11,947 nucleotides of DNA from a candidate division WOR-3 bacterium (GCA_965648935.1 CBFGIY010000071.1:1-11947); one strand, 5' to 3'. Numbered from the stretch's first letter, positions 1-7,306 are shown. The notes: a model not told the origin generated them from the sequence alone. Translations and numbers: made by a program.

Positions 1-1649
1 TATGGGCCGCCGGGCGCGGTCGCGCGGTAGAGGTTGTAACCGGCAAGGTCGAGCTCGGTATTGGCGCGCCAGGAGAGTTTCATCCCGCCGCGCGCGGGCC
101 AGGCCGCGAAACCCTCGGGCGCGAGCGGCACTTCGCCGGGAATCGCGCTCCTTTCAGCCGACCGGCCACCGAGATGCCCGGCCGAGTCAAAGGCCGCAAC
201 CGCGGCGTAGTAGCGCGTGCCGTTCGTGAGGCCCTCGATGCGGCGGAACGGGACGCAGGGCAGGTCAACCGAGTCGGTGTAACTGCCGCTCTGAGTGCCC
301 CACCAGAGCCGGTAGCCGGCTACATCGGGTTCGCGGTTCGGCCGCCACGAGGCAAAGAGCGCGCCGCCCGTGCCCAGGTCGGCGAACCGGAAGCTGTCGG
401 GCGGGGCCGGGGCAAGGGCGATGGTGGCCGCCGCGGCAACGGTCATCTTCGCCACCTCGGCGGCAAGATCCATCGAGATGTTGCCGATGGTGTCGGCGGT
501 GGTGTGGTACCACGGGTAGAAATCGCCATATTCGGCGCCGGCCGTGCCGATGTAGCCGTAGCGGTGGAACGCGAGCTGGTCCGAGCCGTAGCGACCGATG
601 ACGGCGCGGCTGTCCAGCCTCGTGTAGATGTCGGCGATGCGCGACTGAAACTGACCGAGCGGCAGGGACAGCGAGTCGCCGAAGATGGCGACCCCGAACT
701 CGCCGCCCGGATAGGCAATCATGTCGTAGTTCATCACCGCGATGATGTCGTCGCCGCGCGCGCGGGCCTGCTCGGCGTAGTGGAACGAGCCGATGAGGCC
801 CTGCTCCTCGCCCGAGAAGCCGATGAAGCGGATGGAGAGGTCGGGCCGCAGGTCGGCAAGCACGCGCGCCGCCTCGAGCACCATCGCGGTGCCGGAAGCG
901 TTGTCCTCGGCGCCGGGCGCGCTGTTGTAGGGGTCCTCGGAGGTGCAGTCGAGGTGGCCGCAGACGATGACGACTTTCTCGGGATTGCGGCCGCGGCGCA
1001 GGCCGACCGCGTTGCGCCAGTACTGGCCGTTGCGCTGAAATGAGTCAAGCGCGACCGAGTCGAACCCGAGCGCGGTGAAGTAACCGGCGATCCAGGACTC
1101 GGCCGAGCGGCAGGAATCGGCCGGCGAGTAGCGGGTGCGGAAGTCCTGCAGGCGCTGGATGTGGCGCCGGACCGAGTCGGCGCTGACCCGAGCCACAAGG
1201 CGCTGGATTGTGGTGTCCAGCAGCGGCGTCGGGAAGCCGTGAGCGGCCGGGGCATAGAGCGGCGCCGGGCGGTCGGGCAGGCGCACAAGCTGGCAACCGG
1301 CAAGCGTGAGGCGGTGGGCCGCGCTGTCATCGGCCGCGACGAGCAGTGCCGCGCTGTCAGACCAGAGCGCGGGCGCGATGGCGCGGGCGCGGTCGAGCGC
1401 GCCGGGCCGCTGCGGGATGACGAGGTAGAGCGGCGCGGCCGGGCTTGCCGGCAGCGCGACGATGCCGCGTTCGGTCAGGACCGGAAGATGAGCGTCGTCG
1501 GCCACGACAAGCGCGTCGTCGGCCCAGTACACCGGCGTGCGCGAGGACAGAAGCCATTCCCGGGTTTCGGGCGAGGAAGGGGCGACAACGACTGCGGGCG
1601 CGGCCAGGGCAACAGCCGCCAGCAGCGAAAGGACAAGCGTCAGTTTCAA
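1..1649 (-). CDS. Secreted M28-family zinc metallopeptidase with C-terminal fibronectin type III region (3' end truncated by the window edge)
   Basis: Not in the ORF track; translated by hand at several points, all in one frame. TTG start at 1649 after an AAGGAG SD, signal peptide MKLTLVLSLLAAVALA. M28 motifs VIVCGHLD, APGAEDNASG, FIGFSGEEQGLIGS, VMNYDMIAY, GSDQLAF and PWYHTTADT. FN3-like WRANTELDLAGYNLYRATAPGGP at the left edge. Confidence 0.93.
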   Translation of the reverse strand, partial: MKLTLVLSLLAAVALAAPAVVVAPSSPETREWLLSSRTPVYWADDALVVADDAHLPVLTERGIVALPASPAAPLYLVIPQRPGALDRARAIAPALWSDSAALLVAADDSAAHRLTLAGCQLVRLPDRPAPLYAPAAHGFPTPLLDTTIQRLVARVSADSVRRHIQRLQDFRTRYSPADSCRSAESWIAGYFTALGFDSVALDSFQRNGQYWRNAVGLRRGRNPEKVVIVCGHLDCTSEDPYNSAPGAEDNASGTAMVLEAARVLADLRPDLSIRFIGFSGEEQGLIGSFHYAEQARARGDDIIAVMNYDMIAYPGGEFGVAIFGDSLSLPLGQFQSRIADIYTRLDSRAVIGRYGSDQLAFHRYGYIGTAGAEYGDFYPWYHTTADTIGNISMDLAAEVAKMTVAAAATIALAPAPPDSFRFADLGTGGALFASWRPNREPDVAGYRLWWGTQSGSYTDSVDLPCVPFRRIEGLTNGTRYYAAVAAFDSAGHLGGRSAERSAIPGEVPLAPEGFAAWPARGGMKLSWRANTELDLAGYNLYRATAPGGP

Positions 1650-1676
1650 GACAGTCTCCTTTGGGTGATGCCGGCC

Positions 1677-1705
1677 ATTATAGCGCGGCCGGCCGCGCCT
1701 GCCAA
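1677..1705 (-). promoter_or_regulatory. Sigma70-type promoter for the M28 peptidase gene
   Basis: Minus strand TTGGCA (1705-1700), 17-nt spacer, perfect TATAAT (1682-1677). It lies in the 67-nt intergenic gap upstream of the SD and start, and stands out against the GC-rich background. Confidence 0.8.
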
Positions 1706-1716
1706 ATCGCGGAGGA

Positions 1717-2304
1717 CTAATCGTAAGGGTTGATGCCGGGCTTGCGGTTCTCGCGCGACCGGCGCACCACGGCCGCGATGCGGCGCCGCCGCGTCGCGTC
1801 GGTCTTCGCGGCCGCGACCCACGCCGAGTAGGTTCGCCGGTATGAGGGCGCAAATGCCGCGAAGTTGCGCGCGGCCAGCGGGTCGGCGGCGAGCGCCTTC
1901 TTGAGTTCGGGCGGGACCCTGTCCGGTAGAGGTGCGCCGGACCCGGCCTGCCAGCGGCCGTCGCGTTTGGCCGCGGCAACAGCGGCGAGGCCGGGCGCGG
2001 CCATCCGGCCCTCGGCGATGAGCCGGTTCACCCGGCGCTTGTTGGCATCCGACCAGGTGCTTTTCCTGCGGCGCGGGGTCCAGCGCTGGCGAAACCGGTC
2101 GGCGTCGACCGCGCGCACCTGGCCGTCAATCCAGCCGAAGCAGAGCGCCTCGTCGAGCGCATCAGGGTAACGCAGGCCCTTCTTTGCCGCGCCCTTCTTG
2201 TACATATAGATCCACTCGCCGTCGGACCGCGCGTGGTTGCACGCAAGCCAGCGCCGCCACTGGGCGGCGCTGGCAAAGTCAAGCGGCCTGGGGTCAGCGG
2301 GCAA
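1717..2304 (-). CDS. YdeI/OmpD-associated family protein (~195 aa)
   Basis: Family pattern FASAAQWRRWLACNH...W..MYKKG...Y.DALDEALCFGWIDGQ...WTPRRRKSTWSDANK...LIAEGRMAAPGLAAV, plus C-terminal VPPELKKAL...F.AFAPSYRRTY..WV..AKT..TR.RRI. Probable TTG start at 2304 (alternative 2310) overlaps the upstream stop. The ORF-track extension to 2442 is an off-frame read of the upstream gene's CTD. Confidence 0.9.
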   Translation of the reverse strand: MPADPRPLDFASAAQWRRWLACNHARSDGEWIYMYKKGAAKKGLRYPDALDEALCFGWIDGQVRAVDADRFRQRWTPRRRKSTWSDANKRRVNRLIAEGRMAAPGLAAVAAAKRDGRWQAGSGAPLPDRVPPELKKALAADPLAARNFAAFAPSYRRTYSAWVAAAKTDATRRRRIAAVVRRSRENRKPGINPYD

Positions 2305-3766
2305 TGACAACCCGCGACACTGCCGGCTGTTGGTGGTCGGCTGTCGAGCGGACGAAGTAGACGCCGGGCGCGAGGCGCGACAAGTCGTTGGGCCCGGGCG
2401 CGAGCGAGAGCACTCGCCGGCCCGCGGCGTCGAGCAGAGCAAAGCCCGAACCCGGATTGCCGGACGAAGGCAGGGCGAGCGTGCCGCGGACGACCGTCGC
2501 GGCCGGCGCGATGCGCCCTGCGCCGGGCGCGCCGCGTTCCTGCACGCCGGTCGGCAGTCGGTTGGTGATGTAGATTATCTCTTCCTGGGCGCCGTAGCCG
2601 TTGCCCCAGAACACGAGGTGAACCCGGCCGTCAGAGTCGACAAGCGGGAGCGCCGGCCCGGTGAACGCGCCGTTTGATGTCAGCTGGGTGGAATCGGTCC
2701 AAACGCCGCGAACCGGGTCGAACCGGCGGTAATAAAGACCGTACAGGCTGCCCTCGGCGCCGACGTGGGTCAGGTGGCGCTCGCCGGTGCGGAGGTTGAC
2801 GCCGATCCGCGGGTCGGGCGCGCCGTTCCACGAGTACCAGCGGGTGGGCTCGCCCCAGGTGCGCGTTGCGCGGTCCCAGATGCGATGATGGAGCCGGTCG
2901 ACCGCGCTCGGGCCGCCAGCGAAGACAACGTGGAGGTTGCCGAGCGAATCGAAGGCGAGGCCGGGCTGGACCGCGTTGTGGCCCTCGAAGGTCGTGCGGT
3001 AGGGCGCGGACCAGGAGTCGCCGTCGTGGTGGCGGTGCCAGAGCTGGGACGTGTCGACGCGGTTGTCCTCCCAGACGACGTGAATCCAGCCGTCGCGCGA
3101 GGCGCGCACCGCGATGTTGCCGCGGTAGACCTCTGCGCCGGTCGAGATCACCTTGTAGTCGCTCCAGCCGCCGCCGTTGTTGTAGATGTAGCCGAAGAGC
3201 TGGGGCGAGACGTTGGCGATGCGCCAGAAGACGAACACGGTGTCGGCAACGACCACGGCGTGCGGCCGGGCCGAGGTGGGCAGCGAGTCGCGGTCGGTGA
3301 GCCGTTCCTCGGGGCCCCACTCACCGGTCGCGCCGTCGCGGCGGCGGTAGCCGAGGTCGAAGCCATAGGGCTGGCCGGACCAGCGCAGGAAGAAGACATG
3401 GACGTTATCCTGCGTGTCCACGACCAGCGCCGGCGAGTTGTGCGAGGTGTCGAGATTGCTGACGCACTGGAAGTCGCGCCAGCCGGTCGAGTCCTTCATC
3501 AGGTAGTGAATCTCGTCCGAGCCCCGGAGGCGGCGGTTGTCCTTCCACGCGATGTGGAGCCGGCCGCGGGAATCAAAGGCAGAAACCGGGTCGCGCGACT
3601 CCTTGTCGTCGGGCACGGTGAGCAGGGTGTCGAACCAGCCGGGCGGAGCGGCGCCGGGCGCGCCGGACTGGCCGGGCGCGACGCACGACTCGATGTTGCC
3701 CCGCGGCGAAACAGCCGGGGTTGCCGGCAGCAGGCCGGCCAGCAGCAGGCAGAGACAGGTTGTCAA
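2294..3766 (-). CDS. Secreted beta-propeller repeat protein (7 repeats of DxxGxxHhxW type) with T9SS-like C-terminal domain (~490 aa)
   Basis: TTG start at 3766 giving signal peptide MTTCLCLLLAGLLPA. Repeats about every 55 aa: DSRGRLHIAW, DTQDNVHVFF, VADTVFVFW, SRDGWIHVVW, DSLGNLHVVF, LRTGERHLTH, DSDGRVHLVFW. C-terminal TGVQE...LLDAAGRRV...NDLSRLAPGVYFVR...SRVVIAR. Confidence 0.85.
   Translation of the reverse strand: MTTCLCLLLAGLLPATPAVSPRGNIESCVAPGQSGAPGAAPPGWFDTLLTVPDDKESRDPVSAFDSRGRLHIAWKDNRRLRGSDEIHYLMKDSTGWRDFQCVSNLDTSHNSPALVVDTQDNVHVFFLRWSGQPYGFDLGYRRRDGATGEWGPEERLTDRDSLPTSARPHAVVVADTVFVFWRIANVSPQLFGYIYNNGGGWSDYKVISTGAEVYRGNIAVRASRDGWIHVVWEDNRVDTSQLWHRHHDGDSWSAPYRTTFEGHNAVQPGLAFDSLGNLHVVFAGGPSAVDRLHHRIWDRATRTWGEPTRWYSWNGAPDPRIGVNLRTGERHLTHVGAEGSLYGLYYRRFDPVRGVWTDSTQLTSNGAFTGPALPLVDSDGRVHLVFWGNGYGAQEEIIYITNRLPTGVQERGAPGAGRIAPAATVVRGTLALPSSGNPGSGFALLDAAGRRVLSLAPGPNDLSRLAPGVYFVRSTADHQQPAVSRVVIAR
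2353..2554 (-). repeat. CTD-coding dispersed repeat, copy 1 of 3
   Basis: 2357-2380 is identical to 3828-3851 (24 nt) and 2478-2515 is identical to 5846-5883 (38 nt). Confidence 0.9.
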
Positions 3767-3779
3767 TTCAGTTTCTCTT

Positions 3780-5615
3780 TCAGTAGACGATGACCTTGGA
3801 CAGCGAAGCGTCGCTGCCGCGCACGAGGTAGACGCCGGGCGCGAGGCGCGAGACGTCGTTGGGCCCGGGCGTGAGGTCAAGGACGCGCCGGCCCGCGGCG
3901 TCGAGCAGGACGAAGCCGGAGCCCGGATTGGCGGGCGAGGGCAGGGCGAGCGTGCCGCGGGCAACCGTCACGGCCGGCGCGGTGCGTGCGGCGCGAGGCG
4001 GCGTGCCGCGCTCGGCCACGCCGGTCGGGGTGCGGCGGTACCAGCCGGTGCGCTGCTTGTCGTAATGGAAGGTGGCAAGAGGCATTCCCGACGGCACGAA
4101 CGGCCCGGCGGTGTTGAGCGCGTACATCAGGCCGTCGGTGCCGGCCATCAGCATCTCGATGAGGTTGTCGCCGTCGATGTCGGCCAGGTGCGGGGTTTTC
4201 GACATCGGTATCTTGCCCTCGATGAAGGCGTGGTTGCCTTCGTCGGGCAGCCAGTAGGTCGGGAAGCCGCGGTGCGGCCAGCCGGGCAGGCTGTCGCCGG
4301 TGTTGGTGACGACATAGAACGCGGAGTCGCAGGCCGCGGTGAGTATCTCAAGGCCGGGCCGGCCGTCGATGTCGGCCAGCGCGGGCGAGTACCACACGCC
4401 GTTGCGCGTCTCGTATGGGAAGCCGGAGAGGGCGCGGCCGTCGTGATGGAAGGCGTGGATGTGGCCGCCCCAGTCGGCGTTCGAGCGCACCAGTCCGAAG
4501 CTGCCGACAACGATTTCCAGGTCGCCGTCGCCGTCGAGGTCGGCAACCGCCGGGGCCGAGAAGCAACGGGTGAACAGGGGACTTTCGTAACCGGCGTCGG
4601 CGGTGAGGTCGACGGGCCAGCCGGTGACGCGGTTGAGGGTCGTGTCGATGACCTCGAGGTAGCCGGGCCGGCGCAGGATGACGATTTCCCACCTGCCGTC
4701 CTGGTCCAGGTCGGCCACGACCGGCGGCGCGTAGTCGGGCGTGAACGAGCTGCCCGGGCCCTCGGTGCGCACGGAACGGCGCAGGGTGCCGTCGTGGTTC
4801 AGGATGAAGAGCCGGCGTTCGAGCAGGTTCCACGGGCTGCGGCCGCTGAACTTGGCCTCGTGGCAGAGGATTTCCAGCCGGCCGTCGCCGTCGAGGTCGG
4901 CGACCGTGGGCTTGACCCACTGGCCGTGGCGGTCGAGCGTGTCCTGGTAGAACCAGTACTTCCAGAGCGAGTCGCCCGAGGCGCTGAAGCAGTACAGCGC
5001 GCTGCCGCACTTGCGGTTGGAGTTGTTGTCGGTCACCTCGCAGAGCACTTCGGGCGTGCCGTCGCCGTTGAGGTCGGCCACGACGAGTTCGGAGTAGGGC
5101 TTTAGATACGGGTCCTCGGGCCAGCCGGGCAGGATGTAGGGCCAGCCGAGCCGGTCCTGTCCGGTGCGGCCGTCCAGCGCGTAGATCCGGGCCTTGTACT
5201 GCGGATAGGCGTTGAAGTAGACGTCGGACAGGGGAAAGAGCACCTCATCGCGGCCGTCGCGGTCGAGGTCGGCAAAGGTCACGCCCACCACCTCGACATT
5301 GCCGAGGTCGCCGATTTCCCTTGTCCAGAGAGTGGACAGGTCATCGTCGAGCATCACCAGCCGGGAGATGTAGCTCGACCCGGCGAGCTTGGCGACGCGC
5401 AGGCAGATTTCGAGTTCGGGGTCGCTGTCGACATTGCCCATGTTGACGGTGATGCCCCACTCGCCGCCGAGCTGGACCGTCGAGTCGTCGAGCGCGTGCC
5501 GGGCGTCAAGATTGTAATGGTCCACGCCGGCCGCGGTGGTGCGGCAGACGGTGAGGCTGGCGCCGGGCGGCACGAACAGGCCGGCCACGAGCGCGAGGGT
5601 TACGGAAAACAGCAT
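3780..5615 (-). CDS. Secreted FG-GAP/VCBS-repeat (Ca2+-binding beta-propeller) protein with T9SS-like C-terminal domain (~611 aa)
   Basis: AAGGAGG SD followed by ATGATG; 5615 gives better SD spacing and 5618 is the alternative. Signal peptide MLFSVTLALVAGLF. Eight DxDxDG-type repeats: GNVDSDPELEI, ADLDRDGRDEV, ADLNGDGTPEV, ADLDGDGRLEI, ADLDQDGRWEI, ADLDGDGDLEI, ADIDGRPGLEI, ADIDGDNLIEM. Recurrent GWP/GFP motifs. CTD ends LAPGVYLVR...SKVIVY. Confidence 0.92.
   Translation of the reverse strand: MLFSVTLALVAGLFVPPGASLTVCRTTAAGVDHYNLDARHALDDSTVQLGGEWGITVNMGNVDSDPELEICLRVAKLAGSSYISRLVMLDDDLSTLWTREIGDLGNVEVVGVTFADLDRDGRDEVLFPLSDVYFNAYPQYKARIYALDGRTGQDRLGWPYILPGWPEDPYLKPYSELVVADLNGDGTPEVLCEVTDNNSNRKCGSALYCFSASGDSLWKYWFYQDTLDRHGQWVKPTVADLDGDGRLEILCHEAKFSGRSPWNLLERRLFILNHDGTLRRSVRTEGPGSSFTPDYAPPVVADLDQDGRWEIVILRRPGYLEVIDTTLNRVTGWPVDLTADAGYESPLFTRCFSAPAVADLDGDGDLEIVVGSFGLVRSNADWGGHIHAFHHDGRALSGFPYETRNGVWYSPALADIDGRPGLEILTAACDSAFYVVTNTGDSLPGWPHRGFPTYWLPDEGNHAFIEGKIPMSKTPHLADIDGDNLIEMLMAGTDGLMYALNTAGPFVPSGMPLATFHYDKQRTGWYRRTPTGVAERGTPPRAARTAPAVTVARGTLALPSPANPGSGFVLLDAAGRRVLDLTPGPNDVSRLAPGVYLVRGSDASLSKVIVY
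3824..4028 (-). repeat. CTD-coding dispersed repeat, copy 2 of 3
   Basis: Shares exact blocks with copy 1: gtagacgccgggcgcgaggcgcga, gtcgttgggcccgggcg, cgccggcccgcggcgtcgagcag and ggcagggcgagcgtgccgcgg. Confidence 0.9.
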
Positions 5616-5661
5616 CATTCCTCCTTGCGGCGATGCGGGACTGGTGAAAGTACGGACTCGG

Positions 5662-6813
5662 TCATTGCAGGACAACAACCCGGCGCGTCGCGCCGGACGC
5701 AGGCCGGGCCGGGCGAATGAAGTACACGCCGGGCGCGAGGCGGGATACGTCGTTGCGCCCGGGCGCGAGGGAGAGCAAGCTGCGGCCCGCGGCGTCGAGG
5801 AGGATGCCCGATGCTTCACCCCTGATGCCACAAGCCGGCATGACTAGCGTGCCGCGGACGACCGTCGCGGCCGGCGCGATGCGTGCGGCACGCGGTGGCG
5901 CGCCCTCTTCCAGCCCGACCGTGGGCAGGCGCACCTCGACCGAGTCCATTGTCGGGTGGCGCAGAATCGAGTCGCCATAGCAGTGGGCGTAGTTCCACTC
6001 GCTCGTGTCGCCGTGCAGGTAGCGCTCGAAGAAAGCGGTCAGGTGGCGGCGGGTTATGCGCTGCTGCTCGGCGCGGGTGATGGTGGCGGTGCCGCCGTTT
6101 TCCCAGAAGTACGAGTAGTCCATCACGTAGCCGTGGTTGGCGCCGCGGATGACCGCGAAGGCGCCGGGCGGCGGGGCGTCGGCCCAGAATGCCGCGCGGA
6201 CATCGCGCCAGGGCGCGATGTTGTCCACCCCGCCGGGCAGAATCATTTTGGGCAGAAGGATGTTGGCCGAGCGGGTCGGCGGCGTGGTCTGGGGACAGGC
6301 GATGCCGACGACGCAGCGCAGGGTGTCGCCAAGTCGCAGGGTGTCGGCCGCGAGCATCGAGAGGCTGCCGCCCATCGAGTGGCCGGTGAAGCCCCAGTTC
6401 GCCCGGTCGAGCGCGCCGAAGAACGGGTCGCCGGGGACGGTGTCGAGCGTGCCGACGAATCGCGCGGCGTCGGCCATCAGCCGGGCGCGCTTGTCGTGTT
6501 CGGGATTGGAAATCGGGTTGGAGATGGTCGGCAGGACGCAGACATAACCCCACGACGCGAGGTGGCGGGCATAGGAATAGTAGCGGTCGATGCCCATCTG
6601 CCAGCCGTGGCCGAACACCGCAATCGGCGCGGGCGCGGCCGAGCCGGGAATCACCCCGGCCGAGTCCGGGTAGTACACGCGCGAGCCGCGCATCACCTCG
6701 GTCGTGCCGGGGATGTCCATCACCCGGAAAGTGTCGGCATACGGCCCGCGCGCGGCGAAGTCCTGCGCGAAGAGCGGCAGGCCGACGGCAAGCGCAATCA
6801 GCAGGTAACGCAT
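5662..6813 (-). CDS. Secreted alpha/beta-hydrolase (cutinase/chlorophyllase/polyester-hydrolase-like) with T9SS-like C-terminal domain (383 aa)
   Basis: Signal peptide MRYLLIALAVGLPLFA. Core motifs GPY, VYYP, AVFGHGW, HLASWGYVCV. Nucleophile elbow GHSMGG (Ser146), GGVDNIAP (Asp197), IRGANHGY (His227), then TAFFERYLHGD. CTD follows VGLEE. Confidence 0.92.
   Translation of the reverse strand: MRYLLIALAVGLPLFAQDFAARGPYADTFRVMDIPGTTEVMRGSRVYYPDSAGVIPGSAAPAPIAVFGHGWQMGIDRYYSYARHLASWGYVCVLPTISNPISNPEHDKRARLMADAARFVGTLDTVPGDPFFGALDRANWGFTGHSMGGSLSMLAADTLRLGDTLRCVVGIACPQTTPPTRSANILLPKMILPGGVDNIAPWRDVRAAFWADAPPPGAFAVIRGANHGYVMDYSYFWENGGTATITRAEQQRITRRHLTAFFERYLHGDTSEWNYAHCYGDSILRHPTMDSVEVRLPTVGLEEGAPPRAARIAPAATVVRGTLVMPACGIRGEASGILLDAAGRSLLSLAPGRNDVSRLAPGVYFIRPARPASGATRRVVVLQ
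5717..5925 (-). repeat. CTD-coding dispersed repeat, copy 3 of 3
   Basis: Colinear with copies 1 and 2, with a 38-nt exact match to copy 1, but a different central loop (5801-5845). Confidence 0.88.
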
Positions 6814-6822
6814 GGCGGCTGG

Positions 6823-6851
6823 ATTCTAACACGCCTGCGGCGCGAGGACAA
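6823..6851 (-). promoter_or_regulatory. Sigma70-type promoter with extended -10 for the hydrolase-led operon; near-leaderless
   Basis: Minus strand TTGTCC (6851-6846), 17-nt spacer ending in TGT, then TAGAAT (6828-6823). The ATG is only 9 nt downstream and there is no SD. Confidence 0.75.
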
Positions 6852-6866
6852 GGCGCGCCGGCCGCG

Positions 6867-6897
6867 CTGACACGGGCTTAACCCGGCAGATTATCCT
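6867..6897 (+). promoter_or_regulatory. Putative divergent promoter for 6904..7260 (leaderless)
   Basis: TATCCT (TAnnnT) at 6892-6897, exactly 6 nt before the ATG, with no SD. A possible -35 CTGACA at 6867-6872 has a suboptimal 19-nt spacing. Confidence 0.5.
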
Positions 6898-6903
6898 GCA
6901 CTT

Positions 6904-7260
6904 ATGACGACGCAAGACGCAGCGACCCACAGGCGCGTGTGGAAGGTCAGGATCAGGAAGCCGTACGACACGGCGACCAACCACGTTGTCGTCGGCGAGG
7001 TGCTGGAGGAGACCGCGAACTATGTCAGGATGCGTTGCCGGGCGTTCCACTTCCACCGGCCGACGCACAACTCCAGCATCATCTCGGGCGACATCGGTAT
7101 CAGGGTGTTTCCGTGGGCTTCGATTTCCTACGCCACCGAGCTGGCCGATGACTCGAGCTGGGAGCATGTTGAGGCATCGCTGGACGAGAACTTCAACGTG
7201 GTCCTGGCGCTGCGCGCCGGGCGGCTTGAAGTGGGCCTGAGCGACGCCCTCGACGTGTAG
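6904..7260 (+). CDS. Hypothetical cytoplasmic protein, possibly Sm/LSm-like beta fold (118 aa)
   Basis: Protein-like composition unlike the Arg/Pro/Ala-rich shadow ORFs, GC-rich third positions, fills the gap between two promoters, no signal peptide. The fold guess rests on strand pattern only. Confidence 0.8.
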   Translation: MTTQDAATHRRVWKVRIRKPYDTATNHVVVGEVLEETANYVRMRCRAFHFHRPTHNSSIISGDIGIRVFPWASISYATELADDSSWEHVEASLDENFNVVLALRAGRLEVGLSDALDV

Positions 7261-7271
7261 CGCCGGGCAGC

Positions 7272-7300
7272 TTGACGGGCGGCCGGGCCGGGGCGAGAAT
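7272..7300 (+). promoter_or_regulatory. Sigma70-type promoter for 7307..8764 (leaderless)
   Basis: TTGACG (7272-7277), 17-nt spacer, GAGAAT (7295-7300), 6 nt, then ATG at 7307; no SD. Confidence 0.7.
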
Positions 7301-7306
7301 AGACCG

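Noticed and set aside
1717..2304. YdeI-family gene as evidence of a bacteriocin/immunity locus with the radical SAM gene as a RiPP maturase
   Set aside because: There is no precursor peptide, transporter or SPASM/RRE domain, the genes are far apart on opposite strands, and YgiQ is not a known RiPP enzyme.
1717..5831. Each downstream minus-strand gene's frame stays open back through the upstream gene's CTD in the same +1 register, suggesting programmed frameshift fusions
   Set aside because: The repeated GC-rich cassette lacks stops in that frame, I saw no slippery site, and the two propeller genes have their own signal peptides and purine-rich SD-like sequences. The shared register is plausible by chance.
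2353..5925. Three ~200-nt repeats as DGR template/variable regions or as a mobile element
   Set aside because: Mismatches are not confined to adenines, all copies are in-frame protein termini, and there is no reverse transcriptase, transposase or terminal inverted repeat in the window.
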